Shown here: positions 14,421 to 27,140 of the stretch, one piece after another
Layout: each line of letters starts with the position of its first letter
Numbering within the stretch: position 1 is the first letter of the stretch
Assembly: GCA_965655095.1 (NCBI GenBank)
Contig: OZ296655.1
Span: forward strand, 18,724,001 to 18,788,000
DNA from: Haplodiscus bocki
Lineage: Eukaryota
Length of the DNA stretch: 64,000 nucleotides
Direction of reading: 5' to 3'
Position numbers and translations under genes: made by a program
The notes under the pieces: model-generated
The model's database searches: none
Seen by the model: only the letters and a program-made list of their open reading frames with translations
What the model was told of the DNA's origin: nothing

Positions 14421-14890
14421 AAACATACAAAACTTGATTCTGGTTGTTTTCTCCATCTACCACCACGATTAGTTATATCATCAAACATTTTCCTGGAGAC
14501 AAACTACCTTTCATTAAAAATACTGAATGTTTTTTTGGCTTACGAACAAAACTTTGTGAAATATCTTCAATCATGGTAGCTGAATTGAAGGTGGTTTATC
14601 GAAGAAAACCGCACTTAAATATATCTATGTCAAACTTTCCATTTTAATTGAACCATTTTGTTAATAAAAGCCTAAATTTTTTCGAAATTTTTTGTTTTGG
14701 GTAGTGCTTTTGATTTCAAGTAATGTATCAAAAATAGCGCCATTTTCACCATTAGAATTATTACTATCATTCCCACAATGTTTTTTCTCTAAAATACAAC
14801 GTTATCTATCACGGAATTAATCTGGGTCTCCGAAAGAAAAATTTTTGGGACCTGAAGCTGGAATGGATAGAAATTCATGAAAATCAGTTG

Positions 14891-15580
14891 CTACTGCGAA
14901 TCCATCGAAATTGTCTTCAACAATTTTAGGTGTTTATTTCTCTGGAAAAAAATCAGTATATAGATATCACTGTACAACAGTCCGACCTGTATTAGAATTA
15001 TTACCACGTCGAAATCAATAAAATTCAGATCTTTGAAAGGTTTTTGTAGAATTTGCCCGTCCACTGAATTTATAATTTTGAAATTTGGATTTGCTAACAA
15101 TCCTAAAAAGTCAGCTTCTAATTCTCGCCTAATATAAGGGCCAATTTCCTTGACTCTTTCTATTTTCAATTTTACCAGGCGTTCCAGTACCAGTTTAAAA
15201 AAATTTACGACCAGAGTTTTTATCGTGTAAAATCTACACAAACTGGTGTTTTTTACAGTCAAAAATTCTAATAATTCATCATAAATATCACCACTAAAAT
15301 GGTTTTGATGAATTGCTAATTTGAACGATGGATAGAAAGATGATATATTTGCTTGATTCATTGCTTAATGTGGTTTTGTTGTAGCTTCAGTATCTTTAAA
15401 CGATTCCTTACTTCTATGTGCAATAGATTATGTGAAGGTCTTAAAAATAACTTCAGCGTCCTGACGAAAAACATGTTTACCTAAATTTTCTTGTAAACGA
15501 ACTTTTTGTACTTTAAATATTAATTCACCAAAACTTCTCAAGTCATGAAGTTCCCTTTTATTTTCAATTGAAAATAAAAT
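14891..15580 (-). pseudogene. Polinton conserved uncharacterised protein between ATPase and MCP
   Basis: ELIFKVQKVRLQENLGKHVFRQDAEVIFK is homologous to the 47732-47986 ORF (LKVKQIRLVEKLGKQGFRYDIKKIFE), and it occupies the same gene position. Confidence 0.6.
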
Positions 15581-15589
15581 TGATTAAGA

Positions 15590-16150
15590 TTTCTGAAATG
15601 GATTTGTTTTTGGTACACACTCGATAAAAGATTCATTGCTCTCAACATTTATATAATAGTTGCCTTCATTTTTCTTTTCCAAAGTATCAGTTTGATGATA
15701 AATATAATCTTCATGATTCCATGGATCTCTTCAAACATCTTTATATTCGTCACATTTCATATCAAACCAAGCTGCTTCCCCATCAATGTTATCTACATGT
15801 TTCACAGTTTGCTTGCGGAAACATTTTTTGTTCTTGATTTTCCTATGTGTTCTTTTAGGCAAGTCAAAAAAAGATTCTGATAAAATTTAATTATTTATAG
15901 TTTTAACCTTCCTCTTTTGAAACATGGATCAATTGGGTTCCGATTTTTTTTCCGGTTGATCATCAAAAACCACATAACCACATTCGTATTCCTTGGTCTC
16001 GTTAACTCCTTTTTCAGTATTAAAACCAAAAAAACACTGTTCAGATCATCTCGTAATAACAGAAACATCTCATAACGAAGAGTTTCAGTTTTCCATTAGA
16101 AGGTAATTTTTACCAGAAGGTGATGGCCCCATTCAAAGCCCTGTTGATTG
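15590..16150 (-). pseudogene. A32/FtsK-like DNA packaging ATPase of Polinton #1
   Basis: Walker A GPSPSGKN, Walker B YVVFDD, IDPCFKRGR and SFFDLPKRT. The C-terminus is homologous to 48005-48250. Confidence 0.85.
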
Positions 16151-16479
16151 GGAAAAAACTCTTCTCACATTTTTGTTTTGTTTACCAGTTTCTCCTACAA
16201 AAAACACTACGAACCTGACATTGGAATTCTTTCTGTAAACCAGATTTAGACCTATTTTTCTTCTTAGAAAAATCGTTTTCTTTTTAGATTTTCTTGCATG
16301 TTTTACGAGAAAAATCAAATTTGATAGTATAGAAAAGAGGTCTGGTAAATTCTCTCGGAAAAAACTTCTCAGAAAACTCCTCGAAAATTGTTTCTTTGAA
16401 AAACATAGATTTTTTCAAAGTGTACGAGAAAATATTCCAATTCAACTGTAATTTTAAAAACGAATCTTTTTTGTTTCTT

Positions 16480-16900
16480 TTATTTTGTTTTGTAAATCAA
16501 GTACATAATGTCCTTTGTCCTTACCATATCAATACCAATATCCTACAAACAATTTCTATTAAAATTGTCAGAAGAGATCATAGTTTGTGGAGCTTTTCCA
16601 GGAAGTTTTTCTTTAAGTTTCTTCCAAAACTATTTCATATCTTACTTCCTTACTAGTTTTCATTCCACAAGCAGTTCCAGTTGATAATGGTTTAAACATC
16701 AAACTAATTCCCGTTTGACATCAAGCAGATAAGTTGGCTGAAGTAGATGTTGTGGCAGAAATAACACTTGTGTCAACTGATTTTAATATTGTGGCCAGCA
16801 TTTTAAAGTCTTTTTTGTTTCTTTATTGGTTCCTAGCTTTCTTCTTCACAGTAGGTAACCCGTCATATAAAATAATTTTTTAACTTAATGAAAATATTTT
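16480..16900 (-). pseudogene. Polinton accessory protein with hydrophobic hairpin (putative membrane protein)
   Basis: FKMLATILKSVDTSVISATTSTSANLS...TGISLMFKPLSTGTACGM: a small-residue hydrophobic hairpin flanked by basic helices. Confidence 0.45.
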
Positions 16901-17019
16901 TTGTTTCAATTTTTATGTAGCTCTCTTCAATGTATGTAATGAAGTCTGGAAGTGCAGACGGATATAACTTTATTGTACACGTTTATTCATCTCTAAAAGT
17001 TGACTTTATACTCACAGCT

Positions 17020-17330
17020 ATACAAGTTTTTGAAGGTATAACCCTTTCCCCGTGTGATAAAAACTTATTACATCCAGAAATGTAGATGAAGCTACCGTAC
17101 GTTATTCAAATACTCCTGCAGTATCGAGTTTTGCTCCAATCTCCAATGCTCTTGCAGGTTATCTCATTACAGTTTCAGCTAGTTCCTTATCTGCTATAGC
17201 GGAAAAACTTCTGTCTGATTTTTTTTGAAAAATCTTTTTAACCTTTTGCTTGTTTGGTTATATCTTTAACTAACATTGACTTACTCCGAATACTTGAAGC
17301 AAACTAACCAGTCAATTTTTTTTTGCCCAT
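17020..17330 (-). pseudogene. Small basic amphipathic virion-type protein ending ...FYHTGKGLYL
   Basis: PARALEIGAKLDTAG...FLDVISFYHTGKGLYLQKLV. The GKGL resembles an adenain-type cleavage site. Confidence 0.45.
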
Positions 17331-17444
17331 TTCAATTTTAGCACTTTCTATACTTAGTGTACTTCTATAAGGTTGACCACTGGGGCAACTTGAAAAAGTC
17401 CTAAATTAACCTTGGAACATCTTTTGGAATACAAAATGAAAAAA

Positions 17445-19640
17445 TTGTTTTGTAACAATAAAGTAGAAGTCATAGTTTCACCAATAAAACCGACTCTACT
17501 ATTTCTCTCTTCTTCCAAAAAAATTGTGATAATACTTGAACTGGATTTTTTTTTAATATAAAGGTTTAGGTTCACAAACTTTTTAAAAATCTGGCGGCTA
17601 ATCAAAAGCAAAAACAAAAATTTGAGGTTGTCTCACACCATTCACAACACTTCCTCTAATACGTTGAATTTCCAAGTTAACCTTATCACATGAAAACGTA
17701 ACTACAATTTTTTTAATATCCTGAATATTAGTGAAATTTATTTTCCCAGTTCGGATAAAGTCATACTATCACGCTGAAGAAGATTTTTCAACCAACCATA
17801 AAACTTTACTCGCTTCTAAATTTGTTCGCATAGGTTTATGACTTACAAAAAAGTTAACCTCAATTTTCTGAAAAGTTCAAAAGGCTTTATTATTTCTTAC
17901 ATTCCCGGTTCTAGTTCTCATTAAAAAGAATGAGAACCTTTCAATTTTCGAACGTTATTGGTGTCTTTTTCATCAAATCGTTTTGTTCCAAGGAAATTTT
18001 CAAACTCTCGAAAAACACAATGATTGTCTTCACCTGAATTGTTTTCATAGGTGATATTACTTTCGTCATCGTTGATAAAAGTTTGCTCTCTTTCCGTTAC
18101 TTTCATCAAAATTTACATCAAGTTCATGTTTTTCTGCTTTCCTTCTTTGTCTCTTTTATATAATATTAGTTTTAATTTGTCATTATTGTCTTTACCTAGG
18201 TAAATTTTACTACTTTTTTCATCTTTATCGAAAAGTATATAACTATTCAAAACAATTTTTTCATCTCTATCCTTTGCATCATGAAATCGAAACAAGTTAT
18301 CTTCAATTGTTAAGGTAAAAATGGAAATAAAAACTTAAAAAATGATCAGCCCTATCAACCAGTCTCATTCTGATTCTAGTGATTTGCTAGAAAGAATGTT
18401 CTTTTTGATTTATTAATTATATTTTCCAAAATTTCAAAGATGTCCTGTGCTCTCGTTAGATTTTGTTCAATTTTCGTCTAGTATTTTTAGCAATTGAAAG
18501 TTGCAAAGCTTCAAACTTATCTTTTGAAGTAACTGTTTTCAAATCCTTATTTATGAATTAAAAACATAATAGAGTAAAAACTTTGTGTTTCGATTTTAAT
18601 CCAAAAAATCAATGAAGGTCAGATTTTCAAGTCTGAACTCAACAGCGTTGTTGTTATTATCTTCTAGAGAGCAATTTATCTTATTGTCTTCATTTTTATT
18701 TTTTATAAAACTTATCCTTTGGTCTTTCTAATATTTTATGTCCAAGTTCAACGTTTAGGGCAAAACAAAACAGATAGAACGCCTAATGCCGCTTACAACA
18801 CTTCAGTTAATACAATCACATTTCAAATCATTCTTGTCAATTGCGGTAAAAATAATCGAAATATCACCTTTATGAGTATAGTTAGATTTTGTAAACTGAT
18901 GTGGAGAAAATCCAATTATTGTAAGGAAAAGGGAACTGTTATAATTTTCCAAATCCGTTTTTTTAATGTGTTTTTTGTCATGATTGTTTTCTATATATTT
19001 TTGTCAGCTTTAACGGTTGAAAAATGAGAAAGACCTTCAAAGTTTCCGATTCTTTTTTAACCTTTTCTTAGTATTGACCAACATTGTGTATTTGACTCAA
19101 AATAGGTTTTGACTAAGATTTCCGAGAACTTCTGCTAAGGTTATATTCATTCTGTATTTCATATCTTCAAAGTCTTCATAAAATTCATCTTTTATTAATT
19201 TCAATGAATTCTTTTTCGGGAGATCATATTCAAGATCAGGTAAAATATAATAAAGTGGATCTCCTAAAAGAATCTCGTTTTAATATTTTTTGAAATCGTT
19301 TCTCTGGAGCGATTCCTCCTTTGGACGGTTCTAATTGTTTGCTTTGTTATCAAATTTCTTGCAATTAGGTAGTATACTTTGTTGATTCCAGTAATATCAT
19401 CAGATTATTCAGGAGAAAAATTGTAGTTTTTTTGCTTTTCTGTGTTTTAATAAAATTAGAGATAAATATTTCTAATTTAGTCACTCCCGTATTCCGATTT
19501 TCTTCTTCTAGTTGTAATGGTCTACTAAATGAAAATGTTTCCTTTGATCTATTTAATTATTATTCTAAAGTCTCGTATGGTCTTGATTTTGTTTGTACAA
19601 TTAAGGGGTTGGTAGTCCTTTTGATTGTTTTTTATAACTC
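17445..19640 (-). pseudogene. Minor capsid protein (penton, single jelly-roll) with a large internal insertion
   Basis: N-terminus LIVQTKSRPYETLE..LNRSKETFSFSRPLQL at ~19500-19640. C-terminus DKVNL...GSVVNGVRQPQIFVFAFD*PP...ITIFLEEE...VGFIGETMTSTLLL at ~17450-17700. Confidence 0.7.
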
Positions 19641-19879
19641 TTCTGGTTTGTTTAGGTTCAACTATAAACTTGAAATCTTCTAGCAGATAATTTATCTAGA
19701 AAAATTTTCCAAATTTTTTACTTTGTTTTTTGTGTGTTTTCACGTTTGACTTTGTTTTCCTTCACTATTCCATCTGGCGGGTGAAAATTATTCTTGTCTG
19801 CTGGTGGGTATTTCAAATTGTTACCAATTTCCATTTTTCTTTTTGTCAGTATTTGTAATTTTGTAATAATAATAAAGCT

Positions 19880-20190
19880 GATTTACAGTTTTTTTGCAGT
19901 TTTCAATGAAGTAAACGTTATATAAACAAGAAGCAGGACAATATTTGACATTTCCGCCCATCTTAGGTTCAGGAAAAGAACAAGTATCATTCCGTTTAAT
20001 GAAAAAACTTTGGTGGTGGACAACCAGAAGAATCGAAAAGTTTATTTTGTGTGTGTCACGAAATATGCGCCTTCAGTTGGATGAACACTAACAACGCCCT
20101 CTAATGTTGAGAAAATACTTTCTCTCTTTGAAAAAAGTTGTACTTAATCCGATTTTTTATTGTAAGTCTTTTGTTTTTATATTTATTGTT
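19880..20190 (-). pseudogene. Adenain-like cysteine maturation protease
   Basis: EGVVSVHPTEGAYFV...FDSSGCPPPKFFIKRN...KYCPASCLYNVY follows the degenerate GTHW / YFDSYG / Q..CxxxCLY pattern. Confidence 0.75.
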
Positions 20191-21199
20191 GCTTGAAATT
20201 TCAAAACAGATTTTTCAACAGTTTCAGGAAACGCTAATGTCTTTAACATTTATCTATCTCTAATTCTCCCATCTTTTTTTCAATTAGAGGATATAATCCA
20301 TTAGGAATTCTTCTTTTTCATCAGATTCATGGAGTAGACCTATATTATACGGATCTTGTTTTGTAGTTTTAACAGTAACATCTAAAAAGTTATTGTGTTT
20401 TAACTGTGAATTGCTTAGGGACTTATGAAACGCTACTGAAAGTGCTTCAAGTTTCTCACTTATGGAAATTTTAGCTTTTCTCAATTAATTATTCTCATAT
20501 ATTTTTTTATTCTTCTTATGTTTTCAAAGTTTTTTTCTATAAAAATTGGTTTTCATTGTAGAAAATCGCTGTGCGAACAACTTGCTTCGGGAAAATGTTT
20601 TTTTTTGCCCTGTTATTGTGAATAACTTCCTTTTTAAATCAGCCAACTTTTATATGGCAATTTTTTTCCCGGAAACATCCTATTAAGGTCGTTTTCTACT
20701 AGGTTTGTCATATTTCATATAAATCATTTAATGTTTATTCATCATCTCGATAAATGTTTTCATTACTCCGATAATATAATTGGCTCCTTTTTCATTCCTT
20801 CCTTTTTTTTCTTTTTTTTTCAAAGAACTAGGGATGAAAAAATCATTCTATTAAAAATTAGAACTTTTTGTTGCGGTTGGGTTGATTTTTGTCATAGTTT
20901 TCACAGACTATTGTTTAGGTAGCTTCAATTAATTTCAGTGACATTTCCTACTTTTGCCAGTGGTACACATTAGTTTTATTAGGATGCATCATTGTTAATT
21001 TTGGGGTGCAATCATTGACCGGATTCTATTTTGAACCACAAGTTGTACAATTCATGAAGTCCAGTTATGTAAAAAAAAGATTTAATCGAAGTGATTTTTT
21101 TCCATTTTTTTTTATTATTCAACTTCGCTTTTGGATTCCTAATCTTAATTATCACTAACAAAATCATCTTGATCATGGAATTGAAACACAAAAAATCCA

Positions 21200-22448
21200 T
21201 CTTCGGCATCACTTAGTATTCGATTATTGTCAAAAAATTGTTGCATTCATGAACTAAGAGCACTATAATTTTGTTCAAAAAAACCTTCTTCACAAATTTC
21301 AAAAAAATCACAACAATTATCCCGTTTAAGACTTTTATTACATCTCTCCACATCAACATCATATCTTTAGTATTTAGTTTTATGGCTGTCTAAAAGCCCA
21401 TGATGAACCCTATTGTAAAATTTAACAAAAAGTTGACAAAACACACAAAATTAAAAGTTATCTTTTTTACATCCGTCATATATTGTTTTCTTTTGTGTTC
21501 GCTTTTCAAACGGTCGCGTTTGTCGACTTTTTTTACATTTTCATCGAAAACATTACAATAAAAATTCGCTAAATTACATTCTTTTTGTTATTTTAAACAC
21601 CATTAAGTATTATTCGTCCCATTGTAAAGTTACAAATGTTACAAGTTAATCACTTCACTTGTTTAGCACATTATACTTTGGAAAGATTTGCCAACTTTTT
21701 CAAAAGTATTTATCGGTTGTAATTTAATTTGAATTTAACGGAAGCTCGCGAAAAATTATCATCAGATTTGTTGATAAAAATTTTTTCACCTGTCCACTCA
21801 GTTTTTCAAAAACTTCACCGGCCAACTAGTTTAATTTCACGCTTTCAAGTGTAGCCAAATTAGCATTTCTGGCAATGCTCCCCCTTTATTAAATTAATTC
21901 TTTCGATCGGACTGACTCAGAATTCTATGTTGTAGCAAGCGCGTCAAAGACAGTGGGGCGTTGGTAAGACAACCACAAACACTTCGACAGCGAGTGGCCT
22001 CAACTTTAGTCAATGACATTACCACCAGACTATAGCAGGCGAACTTAAAATGGTTGTCAATGTATATATGCATTTTACTCTTGAACAAGCTCGATCGAAA
22101 ATAATGGTCGCTGCGCGAACGGTGTCTTTCTTTGCTACACATTAGTAAGCTCGTATATGTGTTAAGTCTAAAAAGGAAGCAATAGTTGTATGTGAATGTA
22201 AAGCAGTCAATATAGGAAAATACAACGTCATTATTTTGTTTTTAGGTTCGTATTAAAAGTTGAAAATACGGCTAGGGACGCGTGGTTGGGCATTAAAAAT
22301 GTATGCTATTTTATAATGTTTTCAGGGGTGGATTTTATTTCGATTGATTTTTGTTGTTTGTTTGGTAGGTTTTGTTGATTTTGGGGGTTAATTTGGTTTA
22401 AATAGATGCTTCGAAGATTTTTGTCCCCGTAATCAAAAGTCTCATTTA
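21200..22448 (-). repeat. Right terminal inverted repeat of Polinton #1
   Basis: Reverse complement is colinear with 3560-4710 and 8575-8760. It is clearly diverged, with many substitutions and indels. Confidence 0.88.
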
Positions 22449-22449
22449 T

Positions 22450-25330
22450 TGACAACAGATGCAACCAAAACATTTAATTTTTATGTCAGAGGCGACTGAT
22501 ACAAAGGGTAAAAAAATCGACGGAGTGCAAACCAGCCAACATAACAAAGAGCAAATTGAGCCTATTTGTGAGTTGCCGATAGCTTGAGTTTTTCTCGGGC
22601 TTGAAACTTACGTGGAACAAGCAAAAGCCCAATAGAACTAAAAACAACAAACTAAATTAGTTCCAGGAAGCTGGTTATCACTTGCAGCTCGACTTGGCAC
22701 TATTTTGATGGTTATAACATAGAAAAACTAAATTTGACCCCTCAGAATAAAAACAGAAAGTGCTGTTCCACAACAATGAGGACATTTCCAAGGTGTTTCA
22801 AAGAATTGGATTCTTTTCGCTGAAAAAAACGAGATGATGTTTACGTCTATCCAAAGAAACTAATTTCCGTCTCTGGAACGCCTTTTTGAGAGATATAATA
22901 CATTAGCTCAAAAAATCCGTTGTGTTAGAAGACATTAAGTTTTTAGATATAAATTGGTAACAAAAGGTCACAAACCAAGACGAGAGTAAAAGAATAACAC
23001 CACTTTCTAGATGCTTCCTAAAGATTGTTCAGTCATTCGACCAGAATTGCATGAAGCTGCGACGCTAAACTTTTGGGACAGCTAAAACCTAAAAGCGCTT
23101 GCTAAGCTGCTAATTTTATCAGTGTTCAGAGAAACAGTACATGCCACCTCTAGCAAAGGCCAATCAGGCCTAACTAAAAGCCACTTTCGACATGGGGACT
23201 GTCAGTCGAGCAACAACGCCGTTGAACTACTGCAACAAAAACTACTCAGCTCGTCGTGTTGACAATAATGTGATCAATTTCTTCGGAAAGTTTTGAACAA
23301 TTCAACAAAAGCGCATTAAATTCAAAGGAGGACTGCTAATTGCGACGGAAAATTTGAAAAATCGCCTCAACAGTCTGGCAAATATCGTTGCGCAATCAAA
23401 TGATTCAGTTTTTGAAAAGAAGAAGTAGCAAAAACTTCAGCAGATACAAGACGGTACAAAAAAACAGAGACTAGACTTTGTTGTGTGTGAAACAATGTCC
23501 AGAAGTTAACACAAAAATTTACCTTCACAAAGAAACGAAGAATTTTGGAGTTGCATTAATTCATGGTCTAAATTGTTCCGGAGACGCAAGAAAGAATTAA
23601 AAGTGACTGACACACAAGCGACCTTGGATCATAGCAACAGCGCAAGCAGAAAACAAAAAAAGAAGGAAAAAACAAGCTGTAGCAACCTTCTCCAGCTCAT
23701 TCTTCCAAAGGAAACCTGTAGCGTTGAAGATGTCTCAAAAAACGGAAAACCGCAGACTTCATTTGGTTTGAATTTTGTTCAACAGACAACCGTTTCCGAG
23801 GTCAAAACAATAAACCCACAAAACTAATGGGACCAGATAAACTGTTTAATCTGATCATGAATGAAAGAAGCAAAGTAAAATTTTCGCTATGTACCAGGTT
23901 ATCTGGATGACGGCGACACCCTCTTCAAAAAAACTGGCTCACAGAACGGATATATTTCAAAAATCCAAAGTGTTGATCCAAGCAACCACAAGCCTTTGAA
24001 GTTGAATTCGGTTTTGTTCAAACAATGAAGAAAAAACTTATAAAACGTAAGTGAGACTTCCTAAAACCAAAAAAATTACATCTAACCAACATGTTGGATT
24101 TGAAGCCGTTTGCTCCAGCTTTTGGCTACAGCTTTTGATCTAACTGCAGGACTGGAAGTTAGAATCAGATGCAATCAATGAATTAGACGTCATATATTTT
24201 GATTTCAGAAAGGTTTTTGAATGTACCCACATAACTGATTGGTAAGAACAAAAACTAGACAAGAGGTGCCAAGTAGAAAAACGATTCAGAATTTGCATTC
24301 GTGTCAAACTAGATAGAGTAAACGGGTGACAGTGAATCAAAACCTTCCTCGTTGAAAATCCCTTGTCATTGGGGCGCCACAAAGATTGGTCGTTGGACTG
24401 TGCTTTGCATTCCCTCAATGAAAGAATGCGTAACATCCAAATTGTACTTCTTTGCAGATGAACCAAAACGTTTCACCTAGAGTATGAAAGCAGAAAAGGC
24501 AAAAAATTTCCGAACGGCAGATAACAACCATCAGTTTGGTTTGAAGAATATTTACCTTAGTTTAATTCATCGAAGTCTCAAAAAAACCGCTCTGATGGTA
24601 GCAGCAAAAAATTTAGGCAGAACTAACTCTTTGGATAGTAAAATCACATTCCAGGCAACCAGAAATAAGAAGGATTTGGAAGAATGTTTGAATCCAAACT
24701 CTTGGTGGGCAATTAAATAGCCAAGGGGACCAAATAAGGGAATAAAATGGTCGCAATTTTCAGCCAAAATTTTGTAAACATTACCAAGAACATCATGGCA
24801 ACGCTCTAGGAGGATTTGCTGGGCCATGACATCCGCAGTACCAAGGCAGACTGAGAAATTGTCATTGAAAAAGAAAGGTTAGCGATTGAAAGGGTAGAAG
24901 TGTGAGGAACCGCTCTGATAAGTAGAAAGACTGAGAAAAATGGAATGTTCTGAGAGACTGCAAGCATTGAAGCCGCCTACTAAAGAGTAAAGAATTTGAT
25001 TTGGACGCGTCATAAAAGTATCCAAAATTTTGAACATTTTTTTACCCTGCAATTTCTAACAGAATGTAAATTACAAACGATAGATTCACCGGCGGAAACT
25101 CTTACAAACTCAAAGTTATAGAGTCGGGAAGGAAAAAGTAACAGAAGAACACTTTTGATCATCGCATCGATAAGTGACTGGAACTCATTACTTGAAGCTG
25201 TAATATTTAACAAAAATGTCACCAGAAATAAAAACATGCTGGATAAACACAGAAGGAGAAAATTGTACAATGCAAGTTCCTCCAAAGTACATGGTCATCA
25301 AAAAATTGAATTGCTTGATAGAGGCCAGAC
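22450..25330 (+). mobile_element. Degraded CR1-like LINE ORF2 (APE-RT)
   Basis: RT remnants ELDVIYFDFRKVFE (~24180), GAPQRLVVGL (GVPQGSVLGP) and FFADEPK (FADDTK). CR1-type end SDWNSLLEAVI...KNMLDKH at ~25170-25250. The 5' boundary is uncertain. Confidence 0.8.
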
Positions 25331-25589
25331 GGACTGCAGCTTCGAAATCAATCTGTGTAGATGTATACCTCTGTGAATCCCACGAATGACACGTGTAAAG
25401 GACGCTTGAATTCGAAAACTTTCGTTTGTTTGCTTTAAAGAAGAACCCACCTAAATGCACTAAAAATCAACAATTTTCACAATGAACGACGTTGATGATA
25501 TATTCCGTCGACGATAGGGCTGGAAGTGGCTCGAAAATGAAAATGCTGAGAACTCCAAAAAACATTTAGAGACCTTAGCGAGCAAGAGA

Positions 25590-26460
25590 TCCCAGTCTCG
25601 GATCAGAAAACACAACATTGGACAAAAACTGGTGATATTAAAGCTGCTGATCTCTACGTGTTCAGAGGAACTTTTTGAAAGTTTTACGTAAAGAGTTCTC
25701 GAAATGAAAGCGTTCCGAGTATTTGAGCAAAAAATAGCTCTTGTTCTCAATGAACACTTCTACGTTTTCAAAGGAAGATTTTGACGAAAAATTGTTGTTT
25801 TGAAAAATTTCAAGAGCTTGGAGTTTTTCGGACTTCTAGAGAAAAAATTTTGGTAGGTGTTCTCAAAGTTAATTTTTTCGAATCCAGGGGTTTCTTTTGA
25901 ACGGAATAGTAACCTGCCTGATTTTCTCAGAAATAGACTATAAGTGTCTGGAGGAACGTATGTAGCAAGTAGCAATAAGAAACTGAAAAAAATAAGGAGT
26001 CTAGATTTTTCGGACTTCAATTCAAGTTTTTTTTTGCTGTTGGAAAACTGCACAGTATATGTCACCAGAGGAAAATTTTGAGCCTCGAAAAAAGTCTTCC
26101 ATTTTATAAGTTGTTTTTTTCTGTCCTTTTGGAATTGGACTAAAATTTTCAGCTGGTGTTGTCAAAACTATCTTCTCATTTGCCGGAGGAAGATATTGAG
26201 CTAAAGAATAATTTTATATGAAAAAATGTAGAACTCTAGCTTCTGAGAAACTGAGCAAACATTTTTCAGCTGTTTTTAACAGAACTCCATCCAGGTGCCC
26301 AGACTATCATTTTGGGAAATACATTTTTTCCTCCTGAAAGTGCTGTCTCGTAAACAAAGGACCAGCTGCGCGAAATTTTTGAAAAAGTTTAAGTATTCAT
26401 GTTTTTTTTTCGGATTTTGGGCAAAAAACGTTGATTCAGATTTGCAACATGTTTTTACTA
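25590..26460. repeat. Degenerate tandem satellite, unit roughly 110-120 bp
   Basis: Recurring ttttcggac..., tgagcaaa and ctacgtg/tcagaggaa..ttttgag modules, with gaggaa/aaggaa cores near 25665, 25771, 25950, 26068 and 26187. Confidence 0.55.
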
Positions 26461-26464
26461 CAGT

Positions 26465-27140
26465 GGACCTGGACAAAAGCAAGAAACAAGCTAAAAATAG
26501 AAACAAGCGAAAACAAAAACAAGTAAAAGCAATAAATATTCTTGTTTCGATTTGTATATACTTTTGTTATTTAATATCACCCTGGCCCCGTATTTCAAGT
26601 TCCAGTTAGACAATCTTGTTTCGTTTTGTTTATAGGTTGTTGTTCAATATCACGCGTTCCCGCATAGCTAGCGTCAATTATCAAAATTTTCGTTAATAAA
26701 AAAATCATACTTCTAAGCTACAGAAATCATAACCTTTTGAACCGCGAAGTTTCTAAAGTTCAGTCAGCACTCCCATTCTTCCTTTTGGAAACTTTCCAGT
26801 CCCAAAAATCTCATCTCTCCAAACCTTGTGAAATTTCAATTTGTACTCACTTTACTTCGGACTACTAGTTATGTAAGCGAACATTTTATTTTATCTAATA
26901 TTTCAAATTAATATTATTACAGGGATCTTTCATTCAGAACAATCCCAAAAAAAACAAACAGAATACCTATCTAAAACAAACGTCTTCGTATCCGAACTAT
27001 TGAAAAAAAATGAAAACTCAAAACTCTTGTCGCCAAATTGGCATTTTTGTCACGGTTGTTAAATTGATGACAGGAGTGGGATTGTTTTAAAAGTTTTTTC
27101 TAGTCTGGCAAGACCGTAGTTTTCCAAAAACTGCCTGAAG
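26465..27140 (+). repeat. 5' LTR (portion alignable to the 3' LTR; 5'-truncated, may extend to ~28142)
   Basis: ggacctggaca.aagcaagaaa...tttgtatata...ccagttagaca...tcatacttctaagct...aagttcagtcagcactc...ttttgtcacggttgtt is repeated at 38958-39640. Confidence 0.85.

Larger units (their letters stand above)
3560..22448. mobile_element. Polinton/Maverick element #1, degraded but with complete core gene set; about 15 kb without the LINE insertion
   Basis: Long inverted repeats at both ends enclose remnants of pPolB, integrase, MCP, packaging ATPase, penton and adenain. Confidence 0.9.

Noticed and set aside
21894-22142. 82 aa ORF
   Set aside because: It lies within the TIR and the frame is not maintained in the left TIR copy.
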